From IMG/VR virus record IMGVR_UViG_3300031419_000007: 64,000 nt of DNA. One strand, given 5' to 3'. The notes under the pieces were generated by a model that made no database searches, was not told the origin of the DNA, and saw only the letters and a program-made list of their open reading frames with translations. Both the position numbers and the translations under genes were made by a program. Positions 18,789-28,100 of this stretch are shown here, piece after piece. Each line of letters begins with the position of its first letter. Positions within the stretch are counted from its first letter, which is position 1. Source of the DNA: a virus. Taxonomy: Duplodnaviria > Heunggongvirae > Uroviricota > Caudoviricetes.

Positions 18789-19607
18789 GGCCTGAGAAAG
18801 CTCGTAGCCAAGAGTCACAGTAGTCCTGAGGGATTCTGCCACAATCGGTGGAATCCCTTCCAGGAACGCAGTCCCTTCAAAGAGATCAAGTTTTTCCTTA
18901 AACCACACCACACCAAAGTTTGGATCCAACTGGGCCAAATCCTTCGCGTTATGCATGATGTCGAAACACTTGATCAATCGAACTTCCCACGCCGCTGCGA
19001 TCAACTTCTGCTGCGTCTTGTACTCACGGTCCACCCGGTTCACACCGACCGTCACGTGCGTTAAGCCGTCCACCCACAGGGCGACCTGCTCACCAAACTC
19101 AGACTCAATCTGCTGCAGGGTCACGTTCGTGTCTTCCACGACGTCGTGCAGCAAAGCGGCACACACCATGTTGGCTTGACGGACGGTGATCACTTGATCA
19201 ACGGACGGGTTGTGGATCATGACGTAGTTGGACACCGCCTGGGCAACCTTGACGACGTGGTGCTCGAAGTAGTCCAAGCCGGTGACCTTGCGGGTCTGAC
19301 CGACGTGGGCCTTTCGGGCCAAGTCATACGCGGCTTGCAGCCGAGTGTGCATCCCTGCGATGCCGAAATCTCGCTGGGTATCTTCACGGGGTACCATAGT
19401 CTTTACCCCTAGCAGATCAAGTAATTTATGGCAATAACTATGAACGCCAGCTTCATAAGAAGGATTATCATACACTTTACCCTCGATACGGTTGATTAAG
19501 CCCTGGGCAACGTCCAGGTCTAACTTAAACACGCGACCGAGCAATTCTTCACGAGCGTACGACATCCCCTTGTTGAGTTCTTGGGTGTCAAAAGTTACTT
19601 CACTCAT
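18771..19607 (-). CDS. HD-domain (p)ppGpp hydrolase, SpoT/RelA N-terminal-like
   Basis: ARKAHVGQTRKVTGLDYFEHHVVKVA ... AALLHDVVEDT is the RelA/SpoT HD hydrolase signature. 278 aa with no synthetase domain. Confidence 0.7.
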   Translation of the reverse strand: MSEVTFDTQELNKGMSYAREELLGRVFKLDLDVAQGLINRIEGKVYDNPSYEAGVHSYCHKLLDLLGVKTMVPREDTQRDFGIAGMHTRLQAAYDLARKAHVGQTRKVTGLDYFEHHVVKVAQAVSNYVMIHNPSVDQVITVRQANMVCAALLHDVVEDTNVTLQQIESEFGEQVALWVDGLTHVTVGVNRVDREYKTQQKLIAAAWEVRLIKCFDIMHNAKDLAQLDPNFGVVWFKEKLDLFEGTAFLEGIPPIVAESLRTTVTLGYELSQALSAKK

Positions 19608-19770
19608 GGTGTGCTCCTGCTTTGTTTGTGCGATCCTGCTCCGGCGTCACGAAATCCTGACCGCAGCATTCACAATGGGAGAAATGGTGCTCACGACGGA
19701 CACCGCTTACTTCGTAAGGCTCTGTTACTTCTCGGACTGCAGCCCGGTTGCAGTAGACACATTGAGTCAT
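19600..19770 (-). CDS. small zinc-ribbon protein (51 aa)
   Basis: MTQCVYCNRAAV...CECCGQDF carries C-x2-C ... C-x-C-C. RBS GAGG upstream. Stop overlaps the start of the downstream gene. Below the ORF-track cutoff. Confidence 0.4.
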   Translation of the reverse strand: MTQCVYCNRAAVREVTEPYEVSGVRREHHFSHCECCGQDFVTPEQDRTNKAGAHHE

Positions 19771-19832
19771 GGTCTTTTACCTCATAAAAACGTGGTGGGA
19801 CAGAAACCGCCGGCACGAGGCCGGCTAGTTTA

Positions 19833-20246
19833 TTACTGGCCGAAGATCGTCCTGACAACAGTCTTCGCTCGGGCCATATCCACGGCCGGACCAAAACCAT
19901 TCAGGAATTTCAAAACGTCCTTCGGGGTGTTCAGCGACGATGACAGGATCCGTTCCCGCATTTCTTCGTCACCCATTACGCTGTCAACGTGGTACTTGCT
20001 CAGCAGGTCAACCACCAGCGCCCCAGTAGGGTCACCGGGGTTCATCTGAAGAGTAATACCTGCATGACGCAGATGACGTTTAATCACCGCATTGGCTTCG
20101 TCATCCGTAATCGTGCGTCCACCTTGACGGCGGGCCAGATTCTCCATTTCACCCAGTACGATCGCAAGGATCTTGGCTTTATCTTTGGCACCCGGACCAT
20201 AGGAACGGAAGGTTTTAAGGTCAGTCGTTACTTTGTTGATGATCAT
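19833..20246 (-). CDS. hypothetical protein (possible GatB/YqeY-like domain)
   Basis: Start MIINKVTTDL with GAGGA RBS. Helical protein; the YqeY resemblance is weak. Confidence 0.4.
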   Translation of the reverse strand: MIINKVTTDLKTFRSYGPGAKDKAKILAIVLGEMENLARRQGGRTITDDEANAVIKRHLRHAGITLQMNPGDPTGALVVDLLSKYHVDSVMGDEEMRERILSSSLNTPKDVLKFLNGFGPAVDMARAKTVVRTIFGQ

Positions 20247-20526
20247 GAGTGGTATCCTCAGTTTCGGCTTTGAGTACGATCGTTCGGTTGTGCTTGGTAC
20301 CGGCGTGATACGCACGGCAGACGAAGATGACGAGCAGGATGGTTCCCACGCGACGGTGTGACAGGATTCCCCGGGCGCCATTAGCCATCGCCGCTGCCGC
20401 CGATACTGCCAGCAGCAGGAAGCAGAAGGTAACATTGTCGGAGACGAACTGGCGGAGCGCCGCAGCGAAGTTGAAAGAGTTCAGATCTTCTTGGAACTTC
20501 ACTTTTGGGTCGGTTGAATTAAACAT
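20221..20526 (-). CDS. hypothetical membrane protein
   Basis: Start MFNSTDPK with AGGAGA RBS. Promoter-like motif tacttatacc at 20553-20562. Confidence 0.4.
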   Translation of the reverse strand: MFNSTDPKVKFQEDLNSFNFAAALRQFVSDNVTFCFLLLAVSAAAAMANGARGILSHRRVGTILLVIFVCRAYHAGTKHNRTIVLKAETEDTTHDHQQSND

Positions 20527-20576
20527 AAGGTTCTCCTGGGTTATGTACAAGGTACTTATACCCGGATGGAGAGCGA

Positions 20577-20786
20577 TTATGGTTTCGCTTTAGGGAACTT
20601 GGGGTCGATGGCTCGGAGTTTATTAATGATTGTCCGCTTGCGATCCTCAAGGGCTTCAATGCGGTAGCCGGCGAGGACGGCGGCAAAGGCATTGCCACAA
20701 TCGTAACGGTCATAGATGGTATTGATTTCGTGCATTACCTTACGGGTTTGGCGTTTAAGCCACCAGATATGGAGTTTGGTGAACAT
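20577..20786 (-). CDS. hypothetical protein
   Basis: 69 aa ORF. Confidence 0.4.
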   Translation of the reverse strand: MFTKLHIWWLKRQTRKVMHEINTIYDRYDCGNAFAAVLAGYRIEALEDRKRTIINKLRAIDPKFPKAKP

Positions 20787-20885
20787 GGTGTTTCCTTTTG
20801 GCAGACGGTGGAGGAATCGAACCTCTCAGCTCCTTCCCACTTTTATATGCTAACGGCTTAGAAGACCGTTGTGGGTACACCGCCC

Positions 20886-21299
20886 TTAGTCGGACCACGC
20901 TTTGGACAGTGTATGGTTTTTCGTGAGGCTTTTCAACCTTTCGAGTGTGTAAAGCTCCCCGCCGGAATAAACCGGGAGGTTGGAGAACACCATGGTGTAC
21001 TCGAAGCACGCTTCCCCGCGGTCCCAGATCCGACCATAGGTATTGGCGTCAATGAGACGGCAGGCGAACTCATGCAGCTCTCTCTCCCACGTGTCCGGGA
21101 CAAATCCCGTGTCTTCCAGGCGTACCGCGTCCAGCCACTTTAAGACCGGCCACGTCAGGCCACACGCATTATTGGAATCCCGCAAGTCCTGGACGGAATG
21201 ATCGGGCATCTCGAGCATCAGGGTTGCGTGCTTACGCGGAGTGAAGAACGGAGAGGTGAACTGTCCGGTTTTGGTCGAAAGGGAGACTAAAAGTTTCAT
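20886..21299 (-). CDS. hypothetical protein
   Basis: 137 aa ORF. Confidence 0.5.
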   Translation of the reverse strand: MKLLVSLSTKTGQFTSPFFTPRKHATLMLEMPDHSVQDLRDSNNACGLTWPVLKWLDAVRLEDTGFVPDTWERELHEFACRLIDANTYGRIWDRGEACFEYTMVFSNLPVYSGGELYTLERLKSLTKNHTLSKAWSD

Positions 21300-21338
21300 T
21301 GAGAATCCTTAAGGGCCCACCGAAGTGGGCCACACAGT

Positions 21339-22256
21339 TTAGCCAGCAAAGAGACCTTTGCCGCGGTTGAAAGTAGAACGCATGGTTACGACGTTGTTGG
21401 ACACGTTGTCCAGGTAGTCTGCGTAGTAGTCACTGAGATTGTCGAGGATAATCTCGTAAGTGCCTTCGCCAAGCTCTTTACGGCGGTACAGACCAATCAG
21501 GTCGCACACGCAGTTCTCCAGAATGGAGATATTCATCGCTTCACGCCCAGTGATTGGACGCACCATTTCGCCCGGACGACGGATCAGACCGCGTTCGATG
21601 TCGAGCTCTTCTGCATTCAAGCAGAGACGGATGGTTTCAGCAACGCGGCGGTCCAGCTCAACGCCAAACTCTTTGATACCCTCTTCGAACTCGGTACCAC
21701 GTTTACCCTGTCCATCAACGACGCTTGCGACCAGACCGTTGAACATATTGTCATAGCGCTTGCGAGACGCCTGCAGGATGTCGTAGGTTTTCTGGGAGTC
21801 AAGGTCTTTGGGATTTGCACGGAAGTTCATAGCGACCCCATGGTGCCAGTAATCAAACAGCACCGTTGTACACTCATCTTGATAGCGGATCAGTTTAGCC
21901 TTTTTGCTTTCCTGAACCACGCTGCCGTCAGCGAGACGGGTGGTGATCATGTCATCATCTGACAGATTCTTACGGTTGATGCTGAATAGGAATGCGTTCA
22001 GCGTGGTTAATGGAATAAGAGTTGTGCGGTACACTTTACCGTCCGGGCCCTGGGCATCCGCTTCAAACGCACGGTAGCGGTTGTCTTCATCGTCCTTCAG
22101 TTTTGCATGCTGGGTTGACCAGTCAAGGCCCAGCTGTTCGCACAAACGTTTAGCAACCACCGCGAGGATCGGCTCTTGGCGGCCTTTCACTTCTACCGTG
22201 GTATTGGTGACGAGGATCGGCTCACCGAAGAAATTGATGGTGGCTAGTTGACTCAT
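21339..22256 (-). CDS. Ant/KilA-like (P22 antirepressor N-domain-like) paralog 1
   Basis: N-terminal domain shares the L..LNAFLFSIN ... YQDECTTVLFDYW..G.A.N motif with seven other ORFs in the window. AGGAG RBS. Confidence 0.6.
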   Translation of the reverse strand: MSQLATINFFGEPILVTNTTVEVKGRQEPILAVVAKRLCEQLGLDWSTQHAKLKDDEDNRYRAFEADAQGPDGKVYRTTLIPLTTLNAFLFSINRKNLSDDDMITTRLADGSVVQESKKAKLIRYQDECTTVLFDYWHHGVAMNFRANPKDLDSQKTYDILQASRKRYDNMFNGLVASVVDGQGKRGTEFEEGIKEFGVELDRRVAETIRLCLNAEELDIERGLIRRPGEMVRPITGREAMNISILENCVCDLIGLYRRKELGEGTYEIILDNLSDYYADYLDNVSNNVVTMRSTFNRGKGLFAG

Positions 22257-22392
22257 TTGGAACTCCTATAATTGTCCTGCAATCGCAGTGTGAAATGATC
22301 GTGTTGTTTCTACAACTTACTTATACCGGAAAATGGTCAGGTATGGGCCAATCCCTACAACTGAGTTATGGGGAGATGCCCATACCTGAAGG

Positions 22393-22731
22393 TTACAGCA
22401 TGCTTGTGATATCTTGATTTCGTAGTTTGAGCTTCAATCGGTCAAGACGATGTGCCTGTTCTGATGTCAATTTGTTGAGATTGATGTCATCCAGGAAGTT
22501 CATCAAGTGGTGTGCAGGAATAGCTACGGAGCGATATTTCTTCCCGTCATTGGCAGTAAAGGTTTGCATCGAAACCCAATACCGCCCGTGCTTATCCTTT
22601 CTTACCTTGTCGTACTGACCTTCCCATCCTACGGGTATTGCTTCACAAATGTCTTTCAACTTAAGGTAAGCATTACCCGTCAGGTCATCCAGCTCGTAAG
22701 ATACTGGTGCCCCGAAAATACCCGTAATCAT
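22393..22731 (-). CDS. short Ant-N-like paralog 2
   Basis: 112 aa with IPAHHLMNFLDDINLNKL, matching the family motif. Confidence 0.45.
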   Translation of the reverse strand: MITGIFGAPVSYELDDLTGNAYLKLKDICEAIPVGWEGQYDKVRKDKHGRYWVSMQTFTANDGKKYRSVAIPAHHLMNFLDDINLNKLTSEQAHRLDRLKLKLRNQDITSML

Positions 22732-23360
22732 TAAACCTCCAGCACCGGCTCCGGCATGATCGCCGACATGTCGTCTTTGAAGTTTGCCATTGGGCCGTCG
22801 TCCACTTGCATCTCTTTGTTACCCTTGATGTTGTTCAGCAAGCGAAGCTGATTATCAACGGTCAAGCCCAGCATGTAGCGGCAGTTCGCCTGGGTGATAC
22901 TTCCCACGGTACCGCACAGACGGCGGTGGGCCGCTTCCGGAGCATCCTTCAGGGCGACATTGACACTGGCTTGCAGCTCGATCTTCTGAACAATCTCCAG
23001 GTAGCTGATGAAGTCATCCAGCGTACGGCGATCTTCTGCCAGGTCTTCCGCCAGCGTTTTCATCAAGCAGATCGAGAAGGTACTCGCTGCATACAACCGC
23101 ATGGAGCCCGCTGTCCAGACGAATCCAGGATAATCGATACACGTCACACCTTTGAAGAGCCCCGCTTCCTCCAGGCCTTTCAGGTGTTTCGCGATGATCA
23201 TCTTACGGCACGCCGCGGCCGCCGCCCCGAGCAGTTCCAGCAGCGTTTCCGCTGCCAGATCTTCCTCTTTGAGGATCGGGTCGGTGGTGGTCATTAAAGC
23301 TTCAAGGTAGGCATCGGTGATGTCACTTGGCAGGGTAACGATATTGCTGGTGTACTTCAT
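22731..23360 (-). CDS. hypothetical protein
   Basis: 209 aa. Promoter-like motif ttacttatacc at 23392-23402. Confidence 0.55.
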   Translation of the reverse strand: MKYTSNIVTLPSDITDAYLEALMTTTDPILKEEDLAAETLLELLGAAAAACRKMIIAKHLKGLEEAGLFKGVTCIDYPGFVWTAGSMRLYAASTFSICLMKTLAEDLAEDRRTLDDFISYLEIVQKIELQASVNVALKDAPEAAHRRLCGTVGSITQANCRYMLGLTVDNQLRLLNNIKGNKEMQVDDGPMANFKDDMSAIMPEPVLEV

Positions 23361-23391
23361 AAGGGAAAACTCCGTTAGTGTGTTTACACCT

Positions 23392-23402
23392 TACTTATAC
23401 CC
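23392..23402 (-). promoter_or_regulatory. promoter-like motif GGTATAAGTAAGG
   Basis: 32 nt upstream of the ATG at 23360. Confidence 0.45.
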
Positions 23403-24621
23403 GGTTCTGACGCTCCAGATTGAATTGCACCAGGCGGTGAACCGTACAGTTACGCGAAGAGAGCATGTAAATCGAAGGTGCCTGGGCGAGAATCAAATCT
23501 TCTTCCCAGCCTTCCTGTTCACGGACAGACTTCAGCAGGGTCAGCGGGACCAACGCCTCACCGGTCATCAGCAAGTGATACTCGAACAGCAGCATCGCAG
23601 TGACGTACGTGGCAATGTTACGCGACAGCAGGTGTGTGTTGACGGCTCCGGTTCCCATCCACGGGGAATGGTTGTTGGCAGCCTCTTGCTGCGGAGTCAT
23701 GTTCGGGTCGCAGAAGAGCAGCGGAACGATTTCACGAGGGTTGTTGGGCAGAACGCTGCGGGTCATGTAACTGACAGACGGTGTACCGACGGTGTACGTG
23801 TCGTAGTAGCTCCCGCACTGCGGGGCCCGATGGCCACGGTCTGCGGAAGGACGCCCAATGGCAAACGTGTTGAAAATCGGAGCGAGATCCCGGAACGAAC
23901 GCTGTGGCGCTAAGCGTTGAGGGAAAGACGCGGACGTTGCGAAGAAGCCCACGGAATTCTCCGAGCAGTTCATCGCCATCGCCAGGCTCAGGAAGAGATC
24001 GGCACGGGATTGGCGACCTGCTTCTGCTTCCACGCGGCTGGCCGGCAGCACGGTTCCGTCCTTCCACTCTGGCAGATCGCGTCCCAAGAAGAAGCCGTTC
24101 TCGGTAAAGAATTGCATGACATAGTGGGAGTACAGGTTGCCATGGTCTGCGTTGCGGCTGTCATCGTAATCGACGTCGAAGCGGGCCTTCAGGATGTCCA
24201 TGATTTCCGTCGGGATCACGTTGCGGGCAAACATGAAGCGTCCCATCCAGTAGATACGGGCGATTCCCGGCCAGATATAACTGTCAATTTTGAAGGGAAT
24301 CCCGGGGTTTTCCAGGGCATTCCAGTTTAGGGTGAAGTTCAGCGTGCGGGCGGCTTTCTTTACGTCAAGCAGCTTGGCGATGAACTGCAGGCCTGGGCGT
24401 TGACGCATGCCGTACGATTCCTCCCGCAGCTCTTTCATACCCAGCAGGCAGCCTGGTGTGGTTTGCCACGCGACCCGGGCTTGCAAGTCACGCTTGGTGC
24501 TGCCGGTCAACCCGTACCCAGACATCAGGGCAGCGATAGCGATACGACCGGCACCAGAGAACTGGTCCTGGTCCCCGTTGATCCCGCAGAACATGTGCAA
24601 GTAATACTCTTGGGCGTTCAT
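23395..24621 (-). CDS. hypothetical protein (408 aa)
   Basis: Long ORF with TAA stop; an RBS and UUCG hairpin lie upstream. No family recognised. Confidence 0.55.
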   Translation of the reverse strand: MNAQEYYLHMFCGINGDQDQFSGAGRIAIAALMSGYGLTGSTKRDLQARVAWQTTPGCLLGMKELREESYGMRQRPGLQFIAKLLDVKKAARTLNFTLNWNALENPGIPFKIDSYIWPGIARIYWMGRFMFARNVIPTEIMDILKARFDVDYDDSRNADHGNLYSHYVMQFFTENGFFLGRDLPEWKDGTVLPASRVEAEAGRQSRADLFLSLAMAMNCSENSVGFFATSASFPQRLAPQRSFRDLAPIFNTFAIGRPSADRGHRAPQCGSYYDTYTVGTPSVSYMTRSVLPNNPREIVPLLFCDPNMTPQQEAANNHSPWMGTGAVNTHLLSRNIATYVTAMLLFEYHLLMTGEALVPLTLLKSVREQEGWEEDLILAQAPSIYMLSSRNCTVHRLVQFNLERQNRV

Positions 24622-24630
24622 TCTTTTTCT

Positions 24631-24653
24631 CCTAAAAAAGCCCCGAAGGGCTT
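24631..24653 (-). terminator. UUCG-tetraloop hairpin terminator
   Basis: AAGCCC-UUCG-GGGCUU then UUUUUAGG on the minus strand, overlapping the stop of the 24652-25173 gene. Confidence 0.55.
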
Positions 24654-25173
24654 ATGCAGATTTGATGATCTGGAAGGACACGCCTTCCATCTCCTCGATG
24701 TTTGCTACAGTACGTTTGATGCGAGTTTGACCTTCACGGAGGCTCAGAATGCGAGACCGGGCAAGGACATTGCCGTTCTCATATTCCACGAGTTCCAGAC
24801 CGTTGTTGTTCTCTAAGCGGATAGCGTAGCCATCACGCAGACGGTACTCAGCGAGCACAGTGTCTACCACAGGTCTCTTTTCCTTCAGTATATTGAGAGC
24901 GTCAAGCAGTTCGACCAAAGCCTTCGGGTTTATACTCACCCGGGCAGCATAGGTCCAGGCTTCACGTTTGGGGCAATAGCCAGAGAACAGACGCTTGAGG
25001 GCATCGAAGTTCTCTGTCTCCAGGGTGTCTTTGAGGAGTTCGTCAACGGCGATCATGTCAGACAATGCTTCATAACGGAACATGCCTTTCTTCGCTGGAC
25101 GACGGGCAACGATTACAGTGAGGTTCTGTACGCGAATGATGGTGGTTAAACCGATGTTGCTGATAGTGAACAT
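24652..25173 (-). CDS. hypothetical protein (possible distant Ant-family member)
   Basis: 173 aa. Promoter-like motif at 25199-25209 about 26 nt upstream. Confidence 0.5.
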   Translation of the reverse strand: MFTISNIGLTTIIRVQNLTVIVARRPAKKGMFRYEALSDMIAVDELLKDTLETENFDALKRLFSGYCPKREAWTYAARVSINPKALVELLDALNILKEKRPVVDTVLAEYRLRDGYAIRLENNNGLELVEYENGNVLARSRILSLREGQTRIKRTVANIEEMEGVSFQIIKSA

Positions 25174-25198
25174 TGAGAGTCTCCTGTTTATCTCTATG

Positions 25199-25209
25199 TT
25201 CCTTATACC
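25199..25209 (-). promoter_or_regulatory. promoter-like motif GGTATAAGGAA
   Basis: 26 nt upstream of the ATG at 25173. Confidence 0.45.
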
Positions 25210-25210
25210 A

Positions 25211-25909
25211 TCAGCGTTTCATTTTACGGAAAGACCGGACTTTATCGAACCCGTGGTTCTCTAAACGCTGGATATCAGTGATGTCGATGGGTGGATTGCG
25301 GTTGGAACCGAGCACACCGGAGAGGAACGAGTCGATCTCCTGGTATGCTTCAAACGGGCTCTTCACTTTCTGAAAGCCGTAGGTGGCGAGCCGGGGGTTA
25401 ACCGTGAGTTGGAAAGCATTTCGGTACGTGGACTCCAGCATAGCCACCGGTGCGTTCAACGCCCGGAGCTCTTCCGTGCAGTCGATCGCTTTGGCCGCTT
25501 CGAGGATCTCCGCCCAGCCTTGCTTCGACACGTCGTAATAACTGTCGTTACGGTAGCGGGGTCGCGGCCAATCATTCCAGATCGCCCACTTGTCGGCGGC
25601 CCGCTCGTCCCGCTGTTTGGCTTCATAGCGGTCCCAGTCTTCCAGGCACGTCAGGTAGAACGGCTCCGGTGCGGGGAAGACGTACGGGTTGCCAGGCTTG
25701 ATGCGGATCATCGGGTAGACTTTACCGCAGAACAGAACGAAACACGGGGTGAAGAACTGGGTAGAATCCCAGTAACGCATGCGGTGCAACAGATCGGTCA
25801 AGGGACCTTCATAAGGATGCTGGGATTCCACCCGCTGGAAATAGACGTCCGAGACGCCGTGAGCTGACGCTGTGTCGTAGTAATCGTGGAACTTGCTGAT
25901 AATTTTCAT
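25211..25909 (-). CDS. hypothetical protein
   Basis: 232 aa, Trp/Tyr-rich. Confidence 0.5.
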   Translation of the reverse strand: MKIISKFHDYYDTASAHGVSDVYFQRVESQHPYEGPLTDLLHRMRYWDSTQFFTPCFVLFCGKVYPMIRIKPGNPYVFPAPEPFYLTCLEDWDRYEAKQRDERAADKWAIWNDWPRPRYRNDSYYDVSKQGWAEILEAAKAIDCTEELRALNAPVAMLESTYRNAFQLTVNPRLATYGFQKVKSPFEAYQEIDSFLSGVLGSNRNPPIDITDIQRLENHGFDKVRSFRKMKR

Positions 25910-25911
25910 AA

Positions 25912-26316
25912 TCAGTCCTTAATGACGAGGTACGGCATGCCTCCTGGAAGGATACGCCACATTTCACGGGGCATAACGTAAACTACCTTGCCCAAACCTA
26001 AACCGAGAGCGAAGAGCATTTCCATGTTGGGGTGTTCGCCCCAGTGGTCGCCGTGTTTATCAAAGGCTGCAGACAGGAAAGACCATCCGCCACCCTTGGA
26101 CTCCTGGAATTGCTCAGGGAGTTCGTGCAGCATCACCACGATCTCATCCTTGTGCTCTTCCAGACGGCTCTTACTAAGGAGGTAGTTTCTTACGATCCCC
26201 TCCACTTTGACGGCGTCACCGTCGTCGCCAACATTGGCACATTTGACCGCTAAATCATGAACTGCTTGAGCTGTGAGTTTCATCGGGACTCCGACAGAGA
26301 TTACAGAAGGAAGCAC
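25912..26316 (-). CDS. hypothetical protein
   Basis: 134 aa ORF. Confidence 0.5.
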   Translation of the reverse strand: MLPSVISVGVPMKLTAQAVHDLAVKCANVGDDGDAVKVEGIVRNYLLSKSRLEEHKDEIVVMLHELPEQFQESKGGGWSFLSAAFDKHGDHWGEHPNMEMLFALGLGLGKVVYVMPREMWRILPGGMPYLVIKD

Positions 26317-26563
26317 GCTTCGGCCCAGTAAAGGTGAGTTTGCACTCGAAGCACGTGCCGTAGTAGCCTCCGGTTGGCCAGTTGCGTTTGGCTTCTGCTC
26401 GGAGGCACGGGTTGCATTTCATAAACTGACGACCTACCGCGACACAGCGGCAGGTTTCTTCGTTCAGCCGGATTACTTCAATGGCCTTCTTCAGGCGTTC
26501 TGACATGACCGCGGGGTCTTCCGGAACGTAATCCGGGTCGTCAGGACAGACTGAGCATTCCAT
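26255..26563 (-). CDS. Cys-rich hypothetical protein
   Basis: Many CxxC pairs (CSVC, CRC, CNPC, CFEC, CNLC). Start is ambiguous; the track places it at 26647. Confidence 0.35.
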   Translation of the reverse strand: MECSVCPDDPDYVPEDPAVMSERLKKAIEVIRLNEETCRCVAVGRQFMKCNPCLRAEAKRNWPTGGYYGTCFECKLTFTGPKRASFCNLCRSPDETHSSSSS

Positions 26564-26900
26564 GTGATGGACTTGGCAGCGCTGGCACCAATACCACCCG
26601 CCGGCTATAGTCAGGGAGAGCGAGGAGTTCTGCATCTGGGTCTCCATTAAGAGGAATAAGGTCGCCGGGTCGTATCAGAGTGTGACCGTAACAAACTCGG
26701 CCTGAGAAATACTCGACCCGAATATCACCGGTGCAATACCAAACAGGTCGGCTAGACCAGTTGTGGATTTCACCAATCGGCGTATCAATGCGATCATCAG
26801 GAAGTAGTAAACGTTCGGTAGTTACACACTTGCCAATGTTACTTGGGTAGTATTGAGATTTGACGACAAGAGCGAGGCCGCCCGGTTTCAATTGACTCAT
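26541..26900 (-). CDS. hypothetical protein
   Basis: 119 aa ORF. Confidence 0.45.
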   Translation of the reverse strand: MSQLKPGGLALVVKSQYYPSNIGKCVTTERLLLPDDRIDTPIGEIHNWSSRPVWYCTGDIRVEYFSGRVCYGHTLIRPGDLIPLNGDPDAELLALPDYSRRVVLVPALPSPSHGMLSLS

Positions 26901-27076
26901 GCGACCTCCTCAAAGTAAAAGTCACGTTTCTTCACTTGGTCACCAGAAGCCCGGTGGCCGCAGGGACACTTCTGGCCAGGACTGACCAGTCGGCCATCAC
27001 AGCCGGAGCACCAGTGCTTACCAGTCCCCAGTTGGCTCTGTTTTCTCTTGATTCGGTTGATCTTTCGGATGGACAT
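26897..27076 (-). CDS. small C4 zinc-ribbon protein (59 aa)
   Basis: MSIRKINRIKRKQ...CSGCDG...CPCGH. TGA overlaps the ATG of the downstream gene. Confidence 0.4.
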   Translation of the reverse strand: MSIRKINRIKRKQSQLGTGKHWCSGCDGRLVSPGQKCPCGHRASGDQVKKRDFYFEEVA

Positions 27077-27443
27077 ACCAGTTTTTCTCCTGTGAGACGA
27101 TGTCCCGAGGGAAAGGCACCCAGGGTTTACCGCCAGACAAATACTCTTGGCCAGTGAACGAGATGGTGATACCGTGACGCGTCATCACCAGCTTATCAGA
27201 TTTGGCGAGCAGAGCAACAGATTCTGCAAAAGTCATTGGGAGCGCCATCGGGTAATAGCGACGCACAGTGGTGTCATCGATGATCCGCGGGTCGTAACCG
27301 TCAATGAACAGCAGCGAGCGGCTTTTCTTTTCGGACGCAGGCATCTTGTTCAACGCTTGGCGAACGTCGTCCGGTAAGTCACCGTATTGACGGGTGGGGA
27401 AATCCGTGAGGTGAATAACTTCAGCAGTCAGAGTAACTTTCAT
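27018..27443 (-). CDS. hypothetical protein
   Basis: 141 aa ORF. Confidence 0.5.
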   Translation of the reverse strand: MKVTLTAEVIHLTDFPTRQYGDLPDDVRQALNKMPASEKKSRSLLFIDGYDPRIIDDTTVRRYYPMALPMTFAESVALLAKSDKLVMTRHGITISFTGQEYLSGGKPWVPFPRDIVSQEKNWYVHPKDQPNQEKTEPTGDW

Positions 27444-27616
27444 GCGTATTTCCAGATAGGGTAAGCTGCGAGTAGGATTCCCAGTCCACCGATTGACACG
27501 GCGTCATGGGCGTCATGGCCAATCAAATAGGTGATCGTGGCCGGAAATAAGTAAGCCCACGACAGCAAGACGAATCCGCGGTGGTGGGCCCACATGTACT
27601 TAAAGTTCTTGAGCAT
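27440..27616 (-). CDS. small membrane protein (58 aa)
   Basis: MLKNFKYMWAHHRGFVLLSWAYLFPATITYLIG... ATGA overlap with the downstream gene. Confidence 0.35.
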   Translation of the reverse strand: MLKNFKYMWAHHRGFVLLSWAYLFPATITYLIGHDAHDAVSIGGLGILLAAYPIWKYA

Positions 27617-27710
27617 AGAGGTCTCACACGACGGAGTCTTCAGGGCGACTCCGGTGTCCTTCCACTGACTGTCGCACCCTGATGCAGTCAGCTTCTCGCT
27701 CTGGTAGATT

Positions 27711-28061
27711 TTACTCGACGTAAACGGTGCCGATGTCCGTGTACGTCACGCTATTCGCCGCTTTCAACTTGGAGAACGTGCGGATCGCGTCATTCACGTC
27801 CAGGACGTCGTGGGAGTGCACGATACCATCCGGGCCGACCAGGTTCAGCGTGGTCAGGTTCAAGTTGGATTTACGCGGAGTGACGAAGCCCAGCAGGTAT
27901 TTCCCTTGCAGACCCTCGATCTCGTAACCGGCCGGCACGTCCGTTCGGAAGTAGATCGGGCCGTCCTTGTCCTTGATGTCCCGGGGCGCGTGGCTCAGGA
28001 CGTAAACGCCATCGACCGTCGAGTTCTGAACGTCCGAGGCGAACACGTGGTTGGTGTTCAT
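27711..28061 (-). CDS. hypothetical protein
   Basis: Start MNTNHVF with GGAG RBS. Confidence 0.5.
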   Translation of the reverse strand: MNTNHVFASDVQNSTVDGVYVLSHAPRDIKDKDGPIYFRTDVPAGYEIEGLQGKYLLGFVTPRKSNLNLTTLNLVGPDGIVHSHDVLDVNDAIRTFSKLKAANSVTYTDIGTVYVE

Positions 28062-28071
28062 GGCAATCTCC

Positions 28072-28097
28072 AAAGTAAAAAAGCCCCGAAGGGCTTT
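28072..28097 (-). terminator. UUCG-tetraloop hairpin terminator after SleB-like gene
   Basis: AAAGCCC-UUCG-GGGCUUU then UUUUACUUU on the minus strand. Confidence 0.6.
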
Positions 28098-28100
28098 GGG

